Origin: Tildeniella nuda ZEHNDER 1965/U140
GTDB taxonomy: Bacteria > Cyanobacteriota > Cyanobacteriia > Leptolyngbyales > Leptolyngbyaceae
Length of the DNA: 64,000 nucleotides
Direction of reading: 5' to 3'
Assembly: GCA_019358895.1 (NCBI GenBank)
Contig: JAHHIG010000010.1
Span: forward strand, 27,510-91,509
Part shown: piece after piece, positions 1 to 9,755 of the stretch
Layout of the letters: every line of letters starts with the position of its first letter
How positions within the stretch are numbered: position 1 is the first letter of the stretch
The notes under the pieces: model-generated
Seen by the model: the letters and a program-made list of their open reading frames with translations, nothing else
What the model was told of the DNA's origin: nothing
Database searches by the model: none
Program-made: the position numbers and the translations under genes

Positions 1-1647
1 GGTGATCAAAACTATTTAATTGCTACTGGACCTGCTGCCAGCGAAGTGTTTGAAGGTATTAACGCTGACGGTCTGGGCAACAAAATCATTGGTACTGCCT
101 ACAATTGCTCTGGCGGCACTAGCCCTTGGGGAACGATTTTGACAGCGGAAGAGAACTTCCAGGGTTCGACGGGTGCGTTTTTCGTGGGCGTACAGGAAAA
201 TGTCAAGCCTGACGGCACTCAAACTGGGTATGCCACAGGTACGACGGGTGCCGAATTTGGTCTGACAGGGGAAAAATACGGCTGGATGGTTGAAATCGAT
301 CCAGCAAATCCTGACTATCGACCCCGCAAACACACCTGGTTAGGTCGCTACCGCCATGAGAACATTGCGATGCGTGTGCAGGCTGGCAAGAAGCTGGTTG
401 CCTATTTGGGCGACGATCGCCGGGGTGGGCACACCTGGAAGTTTGTGAGCAATGGCACGGTCAAGAATCCCAAGAACAAAGGCAACAGCAAGCTTTTTGA
501 AGACGGGACTCTGTACGTTGCGAAATACAATGCTGACGGCACAGGCACCTGGCTGCCGTTGCTGCTCTCGTCACCCACTAACCCTGTTAGCCCCACTGAG
601 CTTACGTCTAACGACCCACTGAAGCTCAGAAGCGGCAGCACACGGTTCCCAAGACGTGCAGGCATTGCTGGTCAGACCACTGATGGTGGGTCGGTTGTGG
701 TGGCACTCACACAGCTAACTACTACCACAAACGGTGTTACGACTGTTACAGCCGTGGCTGAAAGTGAGGCGTTACCCGGCTATCAGGGCAAGAAGCTAAG
801 CGACTTCTACACCAGCCAGGGTGCCATCCTGGTCGATGCGTTCCTTGCTGCCAATTTAATTGGTGGCACTCCCACTGCCCGTCCTGAAGACATTGAAATT
901 AACCCTAGAAACGCCAGGGAAGTCTTCATTGCATACACCGATGGCGCTCCGGGCAGCGATGGCTACCCCGATTCCCGTGTCTTTGTGGTTGGCAAGTATA
1001 GCGCAGCCGTTAATGACACGCAGCAATCAGGTGGTCTCTACAAGATCATTGAAGACAGCGCTGATGGTACGGGCAATACTTTCCGCTGGGAGCGCTTTGT
1101 TCAAGGTGGTGAGGCTGGAGCCGAAAGCGGTGCTGGCTTGGCAGCGATCGACAACCTGGTGTTCGACAACCGGGCAAACATCTGGGGCGTAACCGATATG
1201 TCAACGGCTACTCACAATGGCTTTGCCACTGGTGCCGCTGGTACACCCAACGCGATCGACCACACTAGAACGGGCGATGTGTCTGCCTTTACGGGCGTAT
1301 TTGGCAACAACTGGTTGTTTTACATTCCCACCACTGGTGCCGACGCTGGACAAGTGGTGCCGTTTGCCTACGGTCCAACGCGCTGTGAAATGACGGGACC
1401 CACATTCGTTGGCGACACACTGATTATTGCAGTGCAGCACCCTGGTGAAGATTGTCCGTTCACGCCAAACCCAACCTTAAGCCGCACGATCGAGCTTTTA
1501 GCTCTGGACGGCACGTTGTTCAACCAGACGCGCACTGTTTCACGCGGTAGCAACTGGCCCAGCAACATTCAGGGGCAGGCAGACGGACCACCCAAGCCTT
1601 CGGTGATTGGCATTCGCCGGAAGCAATCAAACGGTCAATTTGTCTAA
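1..1647 (+). CDS. phoX: PhoX-family (DUF839) alkaline phosphatase, 5'-truncated by the window edge
   Basis: Frame is open from base 1. Motifs NCSGGTSPWGTILTAEEN, LGRYRHEN, YLGDDRRGGH, RPEDIE, EMTGPTF and AVQHPGE are typical of PhoX. Confidence 0.9.
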   Translation, partial: GDQNYLIATGPAASEVFEGINADGLGNKIIGTAYNCSGGTSPWGTILTAEENFQGSTGAFFVGVQENVKPDGTQTGYATGTTGAEFGLTGEKYGWMVEIDPANPDYRPRKHTWLGRYRHENIAMRVQAGKKLVAYLGDDRRGGHTWKFVSNGTVKNPKNKGNSKLFEDGTLYVAKYNADGTGTWLPLLLSSPTNPVSPTELTSNDPLKLRSGSTRFPRRAGIAGQTTDGGSVVVALTQLTTTTNGVTTVTAVAESEALPGYQGKKLSDFYTSQGAILVDAFLAANLIGGTPTARPEDIEINPRNAREVFIAYTDGAPGSDGYPDSRVFVVGKYSAAVNDTQQSGGLYKIIEDSADGTGNTFRWERFVQGGEAGAESGAGLAAIDNLVFDNRANIWGVTDMSTATHNGFATGAAGTPNAIDHTRTGDVSAFTGVFGNNWLFYIPTTGADAGQVVPFAYGPTRCEMTGPTFVGDTLIIAVQHPGEDCPFTPNPTLSRTIELLALDGTLFNQTRTVSRGSNWPSNIQGQADGPPKPSVIGIRRKQSNGQFV

Positions 1648-1891
1648 CGCAATTCCTGCACGAGAAAGGGTGCGATCGTGCCCTTTCTCGTGCCAATATT
1701 GTGGGCAGTACGATTCAAGCAAGCTTCAGGGTCGGTTGAATCAGTACCGACTGCTAACGCAAAGCTTCTCTCTGCTTGTGGATAAATTCGTTCATAAATC
1801 CAAGCGATCATTGACAGCGTATACAGTTGCAGGTTTATTATACGAGGCACGATCGCCTTGTCTTTTCAATGTTTTATTGCCTTAAGAAATC

Positions 1892-3601
1892 ATGCAGGCT
1901 TCTACCGCTCCGACTTCGGCTTGGCAGCAACTCAAAAAGCGTGACATTAGCTATGACGAAGCCATTGCTCTTTTAGTGAATCAGCAGGGCATTGTTAACC
2001 TTCAGTTGCTCGATCGTGAGGTGACGTACCGTTTTCTGAAGCAGTTTGCGGATCGGCGATCGCTGCCACCTGTCATTCCTTTGTTGCTGTGGCGCAATTG
2101 TTATTATCTGGGCACCCCCACGGCTCTCAGTGAAACAGCGATCGCCAGCCTGCGAGAGCAGACCGCAATGGCAATTCATGTGATTGCGATCGCCGAGCAA
2201 AGCTACCGTGCTTGGTTCCACTCCCAAAACTTTGACCAGAATCGGATCAACGCTGATGCCGCAACGAACCCACTGACCGGAGAAATCGAGCAAGAAAACA
2301 TTGGCAAGATGACGGAGTTACATCTGTCGAAAGCCACTGACCAGATTGGGCGTATCAAAACTCTGATCTCAGGAGCCTTGCGAAACCGCGCCAGCGACAT
2401 TCACCTGGAACCAACTTTAGACGGGTTGCGTGTGCGCTATCGCATTGATGGGATTCTTCGTAACATCACAACACTGCCTCTAGATGTCAGTCGGCGGGCA
2501 GTCGTCGCCCTCAAAGTGATGGCAGATATGGATATTTCCGAGAGTCGCCGTCCGCAAGATGCCCGCATCAGCGAAAAGTACGTCTCGGAGACCGAAGCCG
2601 AAGTCGGACTCGATATGCGAGTGAGTACGCTGCCCTGCGTAGGCGGTGAAAAAGCGGTGATTCGCTTGCTGCCTCGCCAAAATCCGTTCTCTAGCATTAA
2701 CGAACTGGGGTTTTCTGACAAAGCGCTGGTAATTTACAAAGGTTGGTTGGCACAGCCACAGGGCATGGTGATCTTTACAGGACCCACAGGTTCGGGGAAG
2801 ACCAGTACGCTGTACACCAGTTTACAGGCGATCGCCACCGAACACGTCAACGTCGTCACCGTCGAAGATCCCGTTGAGTATGTGCTGCCGTGCATTACAC
2901 AAACGCAAGTGCATGAGCCTGCTGGCATGACCTTTGCTGCGGGGCTACGCGCTATTTTGCGGCAAGACCCCGACATCATCATGTTGGGTGAAATCCGCGA
3001 CCACGAAACGGCTGAAACCGCGATTCGTGCAGCTCTAACAGGGCATTTAGTCCTCACAACGTTACACACCAACGATGCGACCAGCGCCATTCCTCGTCTA
3101 AAAGATATTGGACCTGATCCGGGGTTGATTAGCGATGCGCTGCTCGGCATTGTGGCACAACGATTGGCACGTAAAGTTTGTACCCACTGTGCCGAACCTT
3201 ACACGCCAACAGAGCGCGATTTGAATGTACTGGGGCTGGAACTGAAACAGGCAAATGCAGCAGCGTGGCGGCGCGGTCGCGGTTGTGCCCGCTGTTTTAA
3301 CTCTGGCTATTTGGGCAGAGAAGCCTTGATCGAGATGCTGAATATTGACACGACAGTCCGACAAATTATTTACGAAGGCAGCATGACAGACCTTCACCGT
3401 TACTTGAGTGACACAGGGTTTCAATCCTTTCAGATGGCAGCGATCGAAAAAGTCACGACTGGCAGAACCACTGTGGACGAGGTGTTGCGTGTGCTACCCC
3501 ATAGTGCGCTGTATCGTAAACGTGGTGCGATCGTACAATCAGACGCACCACCAAAACTGATCGTCACCAACGGCTTAAAAGAAAAAACGGCTCTCAATTA
3601 G
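1892..3601 (+). CDS. GspE/PulE/PilB-family secretion/pilus ATPase
   Basis: ASDIHLEP, Walker A GPTGSGKT, Asp box TVEDPVE, Walker B IMLGEIRD, His box TTLHTN, and Zn site CTHC...GCARC. Confidence 0.92.
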   Translation: MQASTAPTSAWQQLKKRDISYDEAIALLVNQQGIVNLQLLDREVTYRFLKQFADRRSLPPVIPLLLWRNCYYLGTPTALSETAIASLREQTAMAIHVIAIAEQSYRAWFHSQNFDQNRINADAATNPLTGEIEQENIGKMTELHLSKATDQIGRIKTLISGALRNRASDIHLEPTLDGLRVRYRIDGILRNITTLPLDVSRRAVVALKVMADMDISESRRPQDARISEKYVSETEAEVGLDMRVSTLPCVGGEKAVIRLLPRQNPFSSINELGFSDKALVIYKGWLAQPQGMVIFTGPTGSGKTSTLYTSLQAIATEHVNVVTVEDPVEYVLPCITQTQVHEPAGMTFAAGLRAILRQDPDIIMLGEIRDHETAETAIRAALTGHLVLTTLHTNDATSAIPRLKDIGPDPGLISDALLGIVAQRLARKVCTHCAEPYTPTERDLNVLGLELKQANAAAWRRGRGCARCFNSGYLGREALIEMLNIDTTVRQIIYEGSMTDLHRYLSDTGFQSFQMAAIEKVTTGRTTVDEVLRVLPHSALYRKRGAIVQSDAPPKLIVTNGLKEKTALN

Positions 3602-3730
3602 AAGCCAGTACCCAGTAACGCTATCTCTTCTGCTCCAACGTGTCTAGCAGCGATTTAGGGCAAGATTGTTGGTATGTTTGTAGCGCGCGATCGTGCCGCA
3701 TCGATTTGCAGTCGACTCTCAGACGTTACC

Positions 3731-4222
3731 TTACTCAGTCGATTCTAAAAACTGCCTGATCGAGTCAGCAATCTGCTCATATTTTTGTCTATCAGGATTA
3801 TCAACAGTTTCCCGAAGACATAGCGTTTCGCCTGAATGTAAGACAAGATTAACGACGTAGAAGCGTGAGCGATCGCTATCTTCTTGCTCATCGACTTGCA
3901 CGGCAGCGATATCTTGCAACCGCCGTTCAATTGTTTGACTACGCAACACATATTGTTGTTGTAAAACGACAACCCCTCGCCTTTGATCAAAGGTGTAGAC
4001 AGTGAGCCATGCAACCGAGAATAAAGCCACAAGCGTTGTCACACTACCTGTTACCAGCATAGCTGCTGCGTAAACCAGATTGATTGGTTGCAGCCCACCC
4101 GAACGTAGCCAGGATAATCCAATCAGCAAGCAGAGCATTCCTACCAACAAAAAGAGCCAGATCCATCCAGTACCGATGCTCTTGAGTTGCAGATAATTAG
4201 GTGTGTGCTTAACGATTTTCAT
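3731..4222 (-). CDS. Hypothetical membrane protein (2 TM helices plus soluble C-terminal domain)
   Basis: 163-aa ORF with two hydrophobic segments followed by a PH-like tail. Confidence 0.7.
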   Translation of the reverse strand: MKIVKHTPNYLQLKSIGTGWIWLFLLVGMLCLLIGLSWLRSGGLQPINLVYAAAMLVTGSVTTLVALFSVAWLTVYTFDQRRGVVVLQQQYVLRSQTIERRLQDIAAVQVDEQEDSDRSRFYVVNLVLHSGETLCLRETVDNPDRQKYEQIADSIRQFLESTE

Positions 4223-5111
4223 ATCGTCTACTGAATAGTTTTTCTAAAGTAGCAAATTTAGAACTTTAGGTATTACTTTTTTTCTTAATCAGGTTGTCAA
4301 TGATGACCGTTCGAAGCAGTTTGTGTACCCGAAAACAGTTGAAGCAGTCATTATTTAGATCAGTAAAATGTAGTTCTGAGTAACGAGCTGATTGTATTAA
4401 CTACGATCGTTACACTTCAAAATCATCAACACAATGATAAATTGCTTTTGCGGTTCGTAATTTTATGACTTACAAGCGATCGTGCTTTGTTAGCACAAAT
4501 CACTCAATTGAGTGTGGACAGACAGGCTTCAGAGCGGTACAAGCGTATTGTATCTAGCGATGGATTAGAGATATTCTCAGTCTGCCTACTGCTGCTACAA
4601 GGTAGCTGAACCATAAGTTTTAGGAGTGAGAAGCCTTTACTGACTGCTCTGTTCTCATGTGCTAAACGAGGCATCGTCAAAACTCCGTAAAACAGGCGTA
4701 TAGCCTTCAGAGAGGAGTGTTGGCGTGAGAGCTGTAAGGGATCGTCAGAAGGGACAGACTATGTTCACAAATTTTCCACTTTGGGAAAATAACATCTTTT
4801 ATGCGTAATCCTGGAATTTACGTTGTAACCATTAGTAATAGTTTATTAAAGCTAAGAAACGTTGAATGTTGCCCTTAAAAGCACAGTGCTCTCTTGCTTC
4901 CACTCAATGTATTACTTTTTCTTACGGTTGACCGGATAACGATCGTGCAACGTATGAATCATAAAGAATACGAGGAAGTGGTTAGGCAGTAGAGCAGTCA
5001 TAGCAAAAAACGTTTTGGTATCAAAGCGATGGTGCGAAAGAGTTGAGTTCTATCGTTTGCTCAACCATTTTTTGCTTCAGTAAAGCAACAGAACGTTCAT
5101 TTCAGCCCCCA

Positions 5112-5690
5112 ATGAACATGACAACTATGAAGTATTTAGAAAGCCTGGACAGTCTACTACAGTCGGTGCTGGAAAGTTTGATCGATGGTGTTTTAGTCAT
5201 TACCGATCAGCATGATCTGGTTTATGCCAACACAACGGCACACGCCATCTACTCGCAGCTATGGCATGACGCTACAGACCCCTTACCACGTGAAATTCAG
5301 CGTGTCTGTCAGGCGTTGCTCGATAGCAAGAGCCGCTATCCCAGTCGACCAGTCGTGCTCGAATCGGAAGTGGTGACCCCAAAGACAACCTTCCGCATTC
5401 GAGCACAGTGGCTGGCACTGGAAGTTGCCTCACGTCCCTGTCTCCTGCTGCGACTGCAAGACCAAACCCAGTCGTTACAGGGTCTAGCGATCGCCGAAGC
5501 ACAAAAATGGGGACTCACGCCCCGTGAAACTGAAGTTTGGCTGCAACGACGATCGGGTTACAGTCGCAAGGCGATCGCTGCCAACCTACATATCGCGCTA
5601 GACACCGTTAAGAAGCACCTGAAAAATGTTCACCTCAAACAGCAGACAGCCAGTGACGGAGAAGAATGGCAAGCCAGTCAAGCATCGTGA
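5112..5690 (+). CDS. LuxR-type HTH transcriptional regulator with PAS-like N-terminus
   Basis: C-terminal GLTPRETEVWLQRRSGYSRKAIAANLHIALDTVKKHLKN; N-terminal ESLIDGVLVI...YAN; ATG 5112 chosen over the ORF start at 5043. Confidence 0.85.
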   Translation: MNMTTMKYLESLDSLLQSVLESLIDGVLVITDQHDLVYANTTAHAIYSQLWHDATDPLPREIQRVCQALLDSKSRYPSRPVVLESEVVTPKTTFRIRAQWLALEVASRPCLLLRLQDQTQSLQGLAIAEAQKWGLTPRETEVWLQRRSGYSRKAIAANLHIALDTVKKHLKNVHLKQQTASDGEEWQASQAS

Positions 5691-5771
5691 TGGTTGGATG
5701 CAATTAGCGACTCAATCTTTCAGAGTTCGCTAATATTGGGAAGCTTGTGTAACGTAGATGAGCTTCTCGTT

Positions 5772-6545
5772 ATGAAACGATTTTTCATTGCTGTCTCTTT
5801 AGCGGTCCTTGGGGTTGGTGCGGTTGCCTTCTACTATTGGCAGCAAGCTACCCAATTGCCCGCTTGGTATACTGCCAATCAAATTGAGCCGACGCGTCAG
5901 CCGGGTCAACCAGCCTCCGTTGATCCAACGATTGCTGCCGATCTTGATCGACCCAACGATCGCACTGCAAGCGGTAAGCCAGCATCAGCTCCAACCAGCT
6001 CACCGTCGAGTAAGCCAAAGGCAACCGCTGATGCCACACCACCAACGGCTCAAAAGCAGCCAGTTAAGAAACAACTCCACCAAAACGAACTCACGCAGCT
6101 TTTCACGACTGAAATTGCGCGTAAGGCAGAAAGTAGAAAACTTGGTGGCGCGTTAAAGGGCGCAAACACAACGATGCAGAATGGCACGGTTGAAAGCGGT
6201 GCTGTGGTCAACCTTGGCGATATTTCGCCCGATCAGCTACCTCCTGACGAACGCGCGTTCTTTTCTAAATTGGTGACTGCCTTTCCTGAATTAAGCCGTC
6301 AGAGCTTTTATATTGGCGTTGAAGGCAAGCCAACGGTGAAAAACGGTCAAGCTCAGTTGGGCGAAGACCTCCGGGTCAAGTTGGGTAACCTCAGTTTTAC
6401 GCCAGCGCAACTCTCTGAACGATTGGGTATTCCTGAAGAACAGATTCGTCAGCAGCTTCAACTTCAAGTGCAGTTGGGCAATCTGAAAGCCAAAGGATCA
6501 CAATTGGCAGACGATCGCCCAAGCGACGGGAACGGCTCCAACTAG
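5772..6545 (+). CDS. Hypothetical protein with N-terminal signal/anchor and Pro/Ser/Thr-rich linker
   Basis: MKRFFIAVSLAVLGVGAVAFYYW start; long ORF with host-like composition. Confidence 0.7.
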   Translation: MKRFFIAVSLAVLGVGAVAFYYWQQATQLPAWYTANQIEPTRQPGQPASVDPTIAADLDRPNDRTASGKPASAPTSSPSSKPKATADATPPTAQKQPVKKQLHQNELTQLFTTEIARKAESRKLGGALKGANTTMQNGTVESGAVVNLGDISPDQLPPDERAFFSKLVTAFPELSRQSFYIGVEGKPTVKNGQAQLGEDLRVKLGNLSFTPAQLSERLGIPEEQIRQQLQLQVQLGNLKAKGSQLADDRPSDGNGSN

Positions 6546-6682
6546 ACTCACCTTAGCGGATGGTTTAAAGGTCTGGCGGCTCGCCAATGCTAGTCGCTGC
6601 TTCAGTTCAATAAGAGCTGTTGCTTTTTGACTAACAGCAATACACTAAAAAGCAACTGTGCTTCTAAATGTATTGCTTTCTC

Positions 6683-8740
6683 ATGACGAATCGACTTGCC
6701 CAAGCCAAAAGCCTTTACCTGCGGAAACACGCCGAAAATCCGATCGATTGGTGGAGCTGGTGCGATGAAGCACTCGAAACCGCTCGACGCGACAATAAGC
6801 CTATCTTTTTGTCGATCGGCTACTCTAGCTGCCATTGGTGCACGGTGATGGAAGGAGAAGCTTTCTCCGATCTGGCTGTCGCTGAGTTTATGAATGCGAA
6901 CTTTCTGCCGATTAAGGTCGATCGTGAAGAGCGTCCCGACCTGGACAGCATTTACATGCAGGCAGTGCAACTCATGATTGGGCAAGGCGGTTGGCCCCTC
7001 AACGTCTTTATTTCCCCTGAAGACCTGGTGCCCTTTTATGGTGGTACTTATTTTCCAGTGGAGGCGCGCTACGATCGACCTGGCTTTTTGCAGTTGCTCC
7101 AATCGATTCGCCATTATTACGATACACAGCCAGAGAAGCTGCAAGCCATCAAAGGCGAAGTCCTGACGCACCTTCAAGGGGCAGCAACCCTTCAGTCGGG
7201 TCAGTTGGGGGCTGACATCTTGCAAAATGGGCTGGAGCACAATACGGGTATTCTTGCCTCCAAAAAGCCCGGTCCCAGTTTCCCGATGATTCCCTATGCA
7301 GAAGTGGCGCTGCGATCGAGTCGGTTCACCTCCGATCGCTACAATGCTGGCGCTCTGAGCCGCCAACGCGGGTTGGATCTAGCCCTGGGCGGCATCTTTG
7401 ACCACGTAGGCGGCGGGTTTCATCGCTATACGGTTGACCCCACGTGGACAGTGCCGCACTTCGAGAAAATGCTCTACGACAACGGGGCGATCGTCGAATA
7501 TCTGGCGAATCTATGGTCATCTGGCGTGCAGGAACCTGCGTTTGAGCGGGCGATCGTCCTCACCGTCCAGTGGCTTCAGCGGGAAATGACCGCTCCCGAA
7601 GGCTACTTCTACGCGGCTCAGGATGCTGACAACTTTACCGATCCCACTGCTGCTGAACCGGAAGAAGGAGCCTTCTATGCATGGGATTACCAGACGTTGA
7701 TGGAACATCTGACGGCTCCAGCATTAGCAGAACTCGCCGATCAGTTCACTGTGACCGAAGGCGGTAACTTTGAAGGCTTCAACGTCCTCCAACGGCATCG
7801 TTCTGGCAAACTCAGCGAGACCTTGGAAACTACTCTAAGCAAGCTCTTTGTCGTGCGCTATGGTGCTGCCGCCAATGTTCTTCCAACTGTTTCCCCTGCC
7901 CGCGACAACCAGGAAGCGAAGACGACAAGCTGGGCAGGGCGTATTCCGCCTGTTACCGACACCAAGATGATCGCCGCCTGGAATAGCTTGATGATTTCTG
8001 GTCTTGCTCGTGCCGCCAGTGTTTTTCAGCAGCCACACTACCTGGAGTTGGCAGCGAAAGCCGCTCACTTCATCCTCCAGCACCAATGGGTAGAGGGACG
8101 CTTCCATCGTGTCAACTACGGCGGCAAACCCGCTGTCCTGGCTCAATCGGAAGACTATGCACTGTTCATCAAAGCGTTGCTGGATATTGATCAGGCTTCC
8201 AGGGCAGGAATGCAGGCGTTAGAAAGTAAACCTGATGCATGGCTCGATCGCGCCGTCACAATCCAGGCAGAATTCGACGATCTCTGGAGCATTGAAATGG
8301 GCGGTTACTACAATACCCGTGCCAGCGATAACTTGCTGCTGCGAGAACGAAGCTACATCGACCATGCCACCCCGTCAGCAAATGGAGTGGCGGTAGCGAA
8401 TTTGGTACGCCTGTCGCTACTGACCGAAGACCTGAGCTACCTCGACAAAGCAGAACAAACGCTACAATCCTTTGGCACCGTGCTGGAGCGATCGCCCCAG
8501 GCGTGCCCTGGTCTCTTTGCTGCGCTTGACTGGTTCCACAACCACATTTTGATCCGCACTACGGCTGACCAACTGACCGCGCTTTCGACGCAATACCTGC
8601 CCACGGCTGTTTACAAGCTAGAGGCTGATTTACCTGACGGTGTCGTTGGTTTAGTCTGTCAGGGCTTGAGCTGCCGGGAACCTGCTTGCACTCAAACACA
8701 GCTACGAGAACAGGTGCAGCTAAGTCAGGTGAGGAGCTAA
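6683..8740 (+). CDS. Thioredoxin-domain protein, YyaL/DUF255 (SPATA20-like)
   Basis: NRLAQAKSLYLRKHAENPIDW, GYSSCHWCTVME, KVDREERPD, GGWPL, PHFEKMLYDN. Confidence 0.93.
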   Translation: MTNRLAQAKSLYLRKHAENPIDWWSWCDEALETARRDNKPIFLSIGYSSCHWCTVMEGEAFSDLAVAEFMNANFLPIKVDREERPDLDSIYMQAVQLMIGQGGWPLNVFISPEDLVPFYGGTYFPVEARYDRPGFLQLLQSIRHYYDTQPEKLQAIKGEVLTHLQGAATLQSGQLGADILQNGLEHNTGILASKKPGPSFPMIPYAEVALRSSRFTSDRYNAGALSRQRGLDLALGGIFDHVGGGFHRYTVDPTWTVPHFEKMLYDNGAIVEYLANLWSSGVQEPAFERAIVLTVQWLQREMTAPEGYFYAAQDADNFTDPTAAEPEEGAFYAWDYQTLMEHLTAPALAELADQFTVTEGGNFEGFNVLQRHRSGKLSETLETTLSKLFVVRYGAAANVLPTVSPARDNQEAKTTSWAGRIPPVTDTKMIAAWNSLMISGLARAASVFQQPHYLELAAKAAHFILQHQWVEGRFHRVNYGGKPAVLAQSEDYALFIKALLDIDQASRAGMQALESKPDAWLDRAVTIQAEFDDLWSIEMGGYYNTRASDNLLLRERSYIDHATPSANGVAVANLVRLSLLTEDLSYLDKAEQTLQSFGTVLERSPQACPGLFAALDWFHNHILIRTTADQLTALSTQYLPTAVYKLEADLPDGVVGLVCQGLSCREPACTQTQLREQVQLSQVRS

Positions 8741-8903
8741 GGGAGCATGTCACCTTTGCGCCCTCACCCTTTTCTTGTATGCCGCAAGGATTCAAAGTCC
8801 CTCTCCCCAGGGAGAGGGACTTTGAATCCTTGCTCCCTTCTCCTGGGGGAGAAGGGTTGGGGATGAGGGCAGAATCTAGCACTTGCGAAAGTGACATGCT
8901 CCC
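8741..8903. mobile_element. MITE-like element, family A, copy 1
   Basis: TIR GGGAGCATGTCAC...GTGACATGCTCCC; 8-bp direct repeat GGAGCTAA at 8733-8740 and 8904-8911; perfect 24-bp internal stem at 8784-8833; second copy at 26913-27072. Confidence 0.88.
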
Positions 8904-8919
8904 GGAGCTAACGTCCTCC

Positions 8920-9528
8920 TCAACGGATAGCTTCATAGAACGCTTTGACCGCTTCCGGTTGGTTGAGCGGTCGCGCGTAGCTTGCCAGCAATGTTAAGTC
9001 TAAGTCGGGTAGTAATTCACTGCGAGTGATCGGTTCATAACCGCGATCGCGCAACCGATAAACAGAAAGCTGTTGATCTTGCCAGAACCAGACTTCTGAA
9101 ACACCCAGACCTGCGTAAACCGCTAGTTTGTCGAGCCCACCGCTGGTAATAACGACTTCAATGGCTAGATCAGGTAATTCTTTGGATTGTTCAAGACAAT
9201 AACATTCATCTGGTTCCAAGCCCCTTGCTAGAGCTTCCTTGCGATACGTCGTCGAACCATAGCCATGCAGACTGATCGTTTTGGCAAAGGCGTAAATTTC
9301 CAGCAACCGGGCGATCGTCTTTTTCGCTAACTCATGCTCTGGGGAATTGGTCATGATTTCGAGCATCCCTTCCAGATACGTCAACCGCAAACCAGGAAAG
9401 CTCTCCAACAAGGAATCCAGCGCCAGGTACTGCTGCCAATCCACCCCAGGTAGAATCAACCGCTGCTCTGTTTTCAGCTCAAGCCGTTCAAGATTTCTAG
9501 CATCCACTAGCTCAGCATCCATTGGCAA
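8920..9528 (-). CDS. Uma2-family (DUF820) putative endonuclease
   Basis: LTYLEGMLEIM, GLEPDECY, PDLAIEVVITS, LGVSEVWFW. Confidence 0.9.
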   Translation of the reverse strand: MPMDAELVDARNLERLELKTEQRLILPGVDWQQYLALDSLLESFPGLRLTYLEGMLEIMTNSPEHELAKKTIARLLEIYAFAKTISLHGYGSTTYRKEALARGLEPDECYCLEQSKELPDLAIEVVITSGGLDKLAVYAGLGVSEVWFWQDQQLSVYRLRDRGYEPITRSELLPDLDLTLLASYARPLNQPEAVKAFYEAIR

Positions 9529-9755
9529 TGTCTCCTGGATCTGATGTTTCTTTCTACTTTAGCTGTGGTGGGGCGATCGCAATAGGGCTGATAACGTCGG
9601 GTTTATCAAGCTGAAGAATCTCGCAAGGCAACTTTTAAGCCATCTGTATGGAGCGAGAAGATTACGATAGAGAAGGGGCAACATACGATCAAGCAAATCG
9701 TGCCAAGCGCTGAACTTGCGCTATTTTTCTCTGTCTACAATTCTCCCTGCCTACA

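Noticed and set aside
6602-7366. Long antisense ORFs (also 19761-20360, 27896-28711, 32572-33264 and others)
   Set aside because: Shadows of well-supported genes on the opposite strand
8559-8997. ORFs 8559-8936 (-) and 8686-8997 (+)
   Set aside because: They span the palindromic MITE and overlap real genes; artefacts of the repeat
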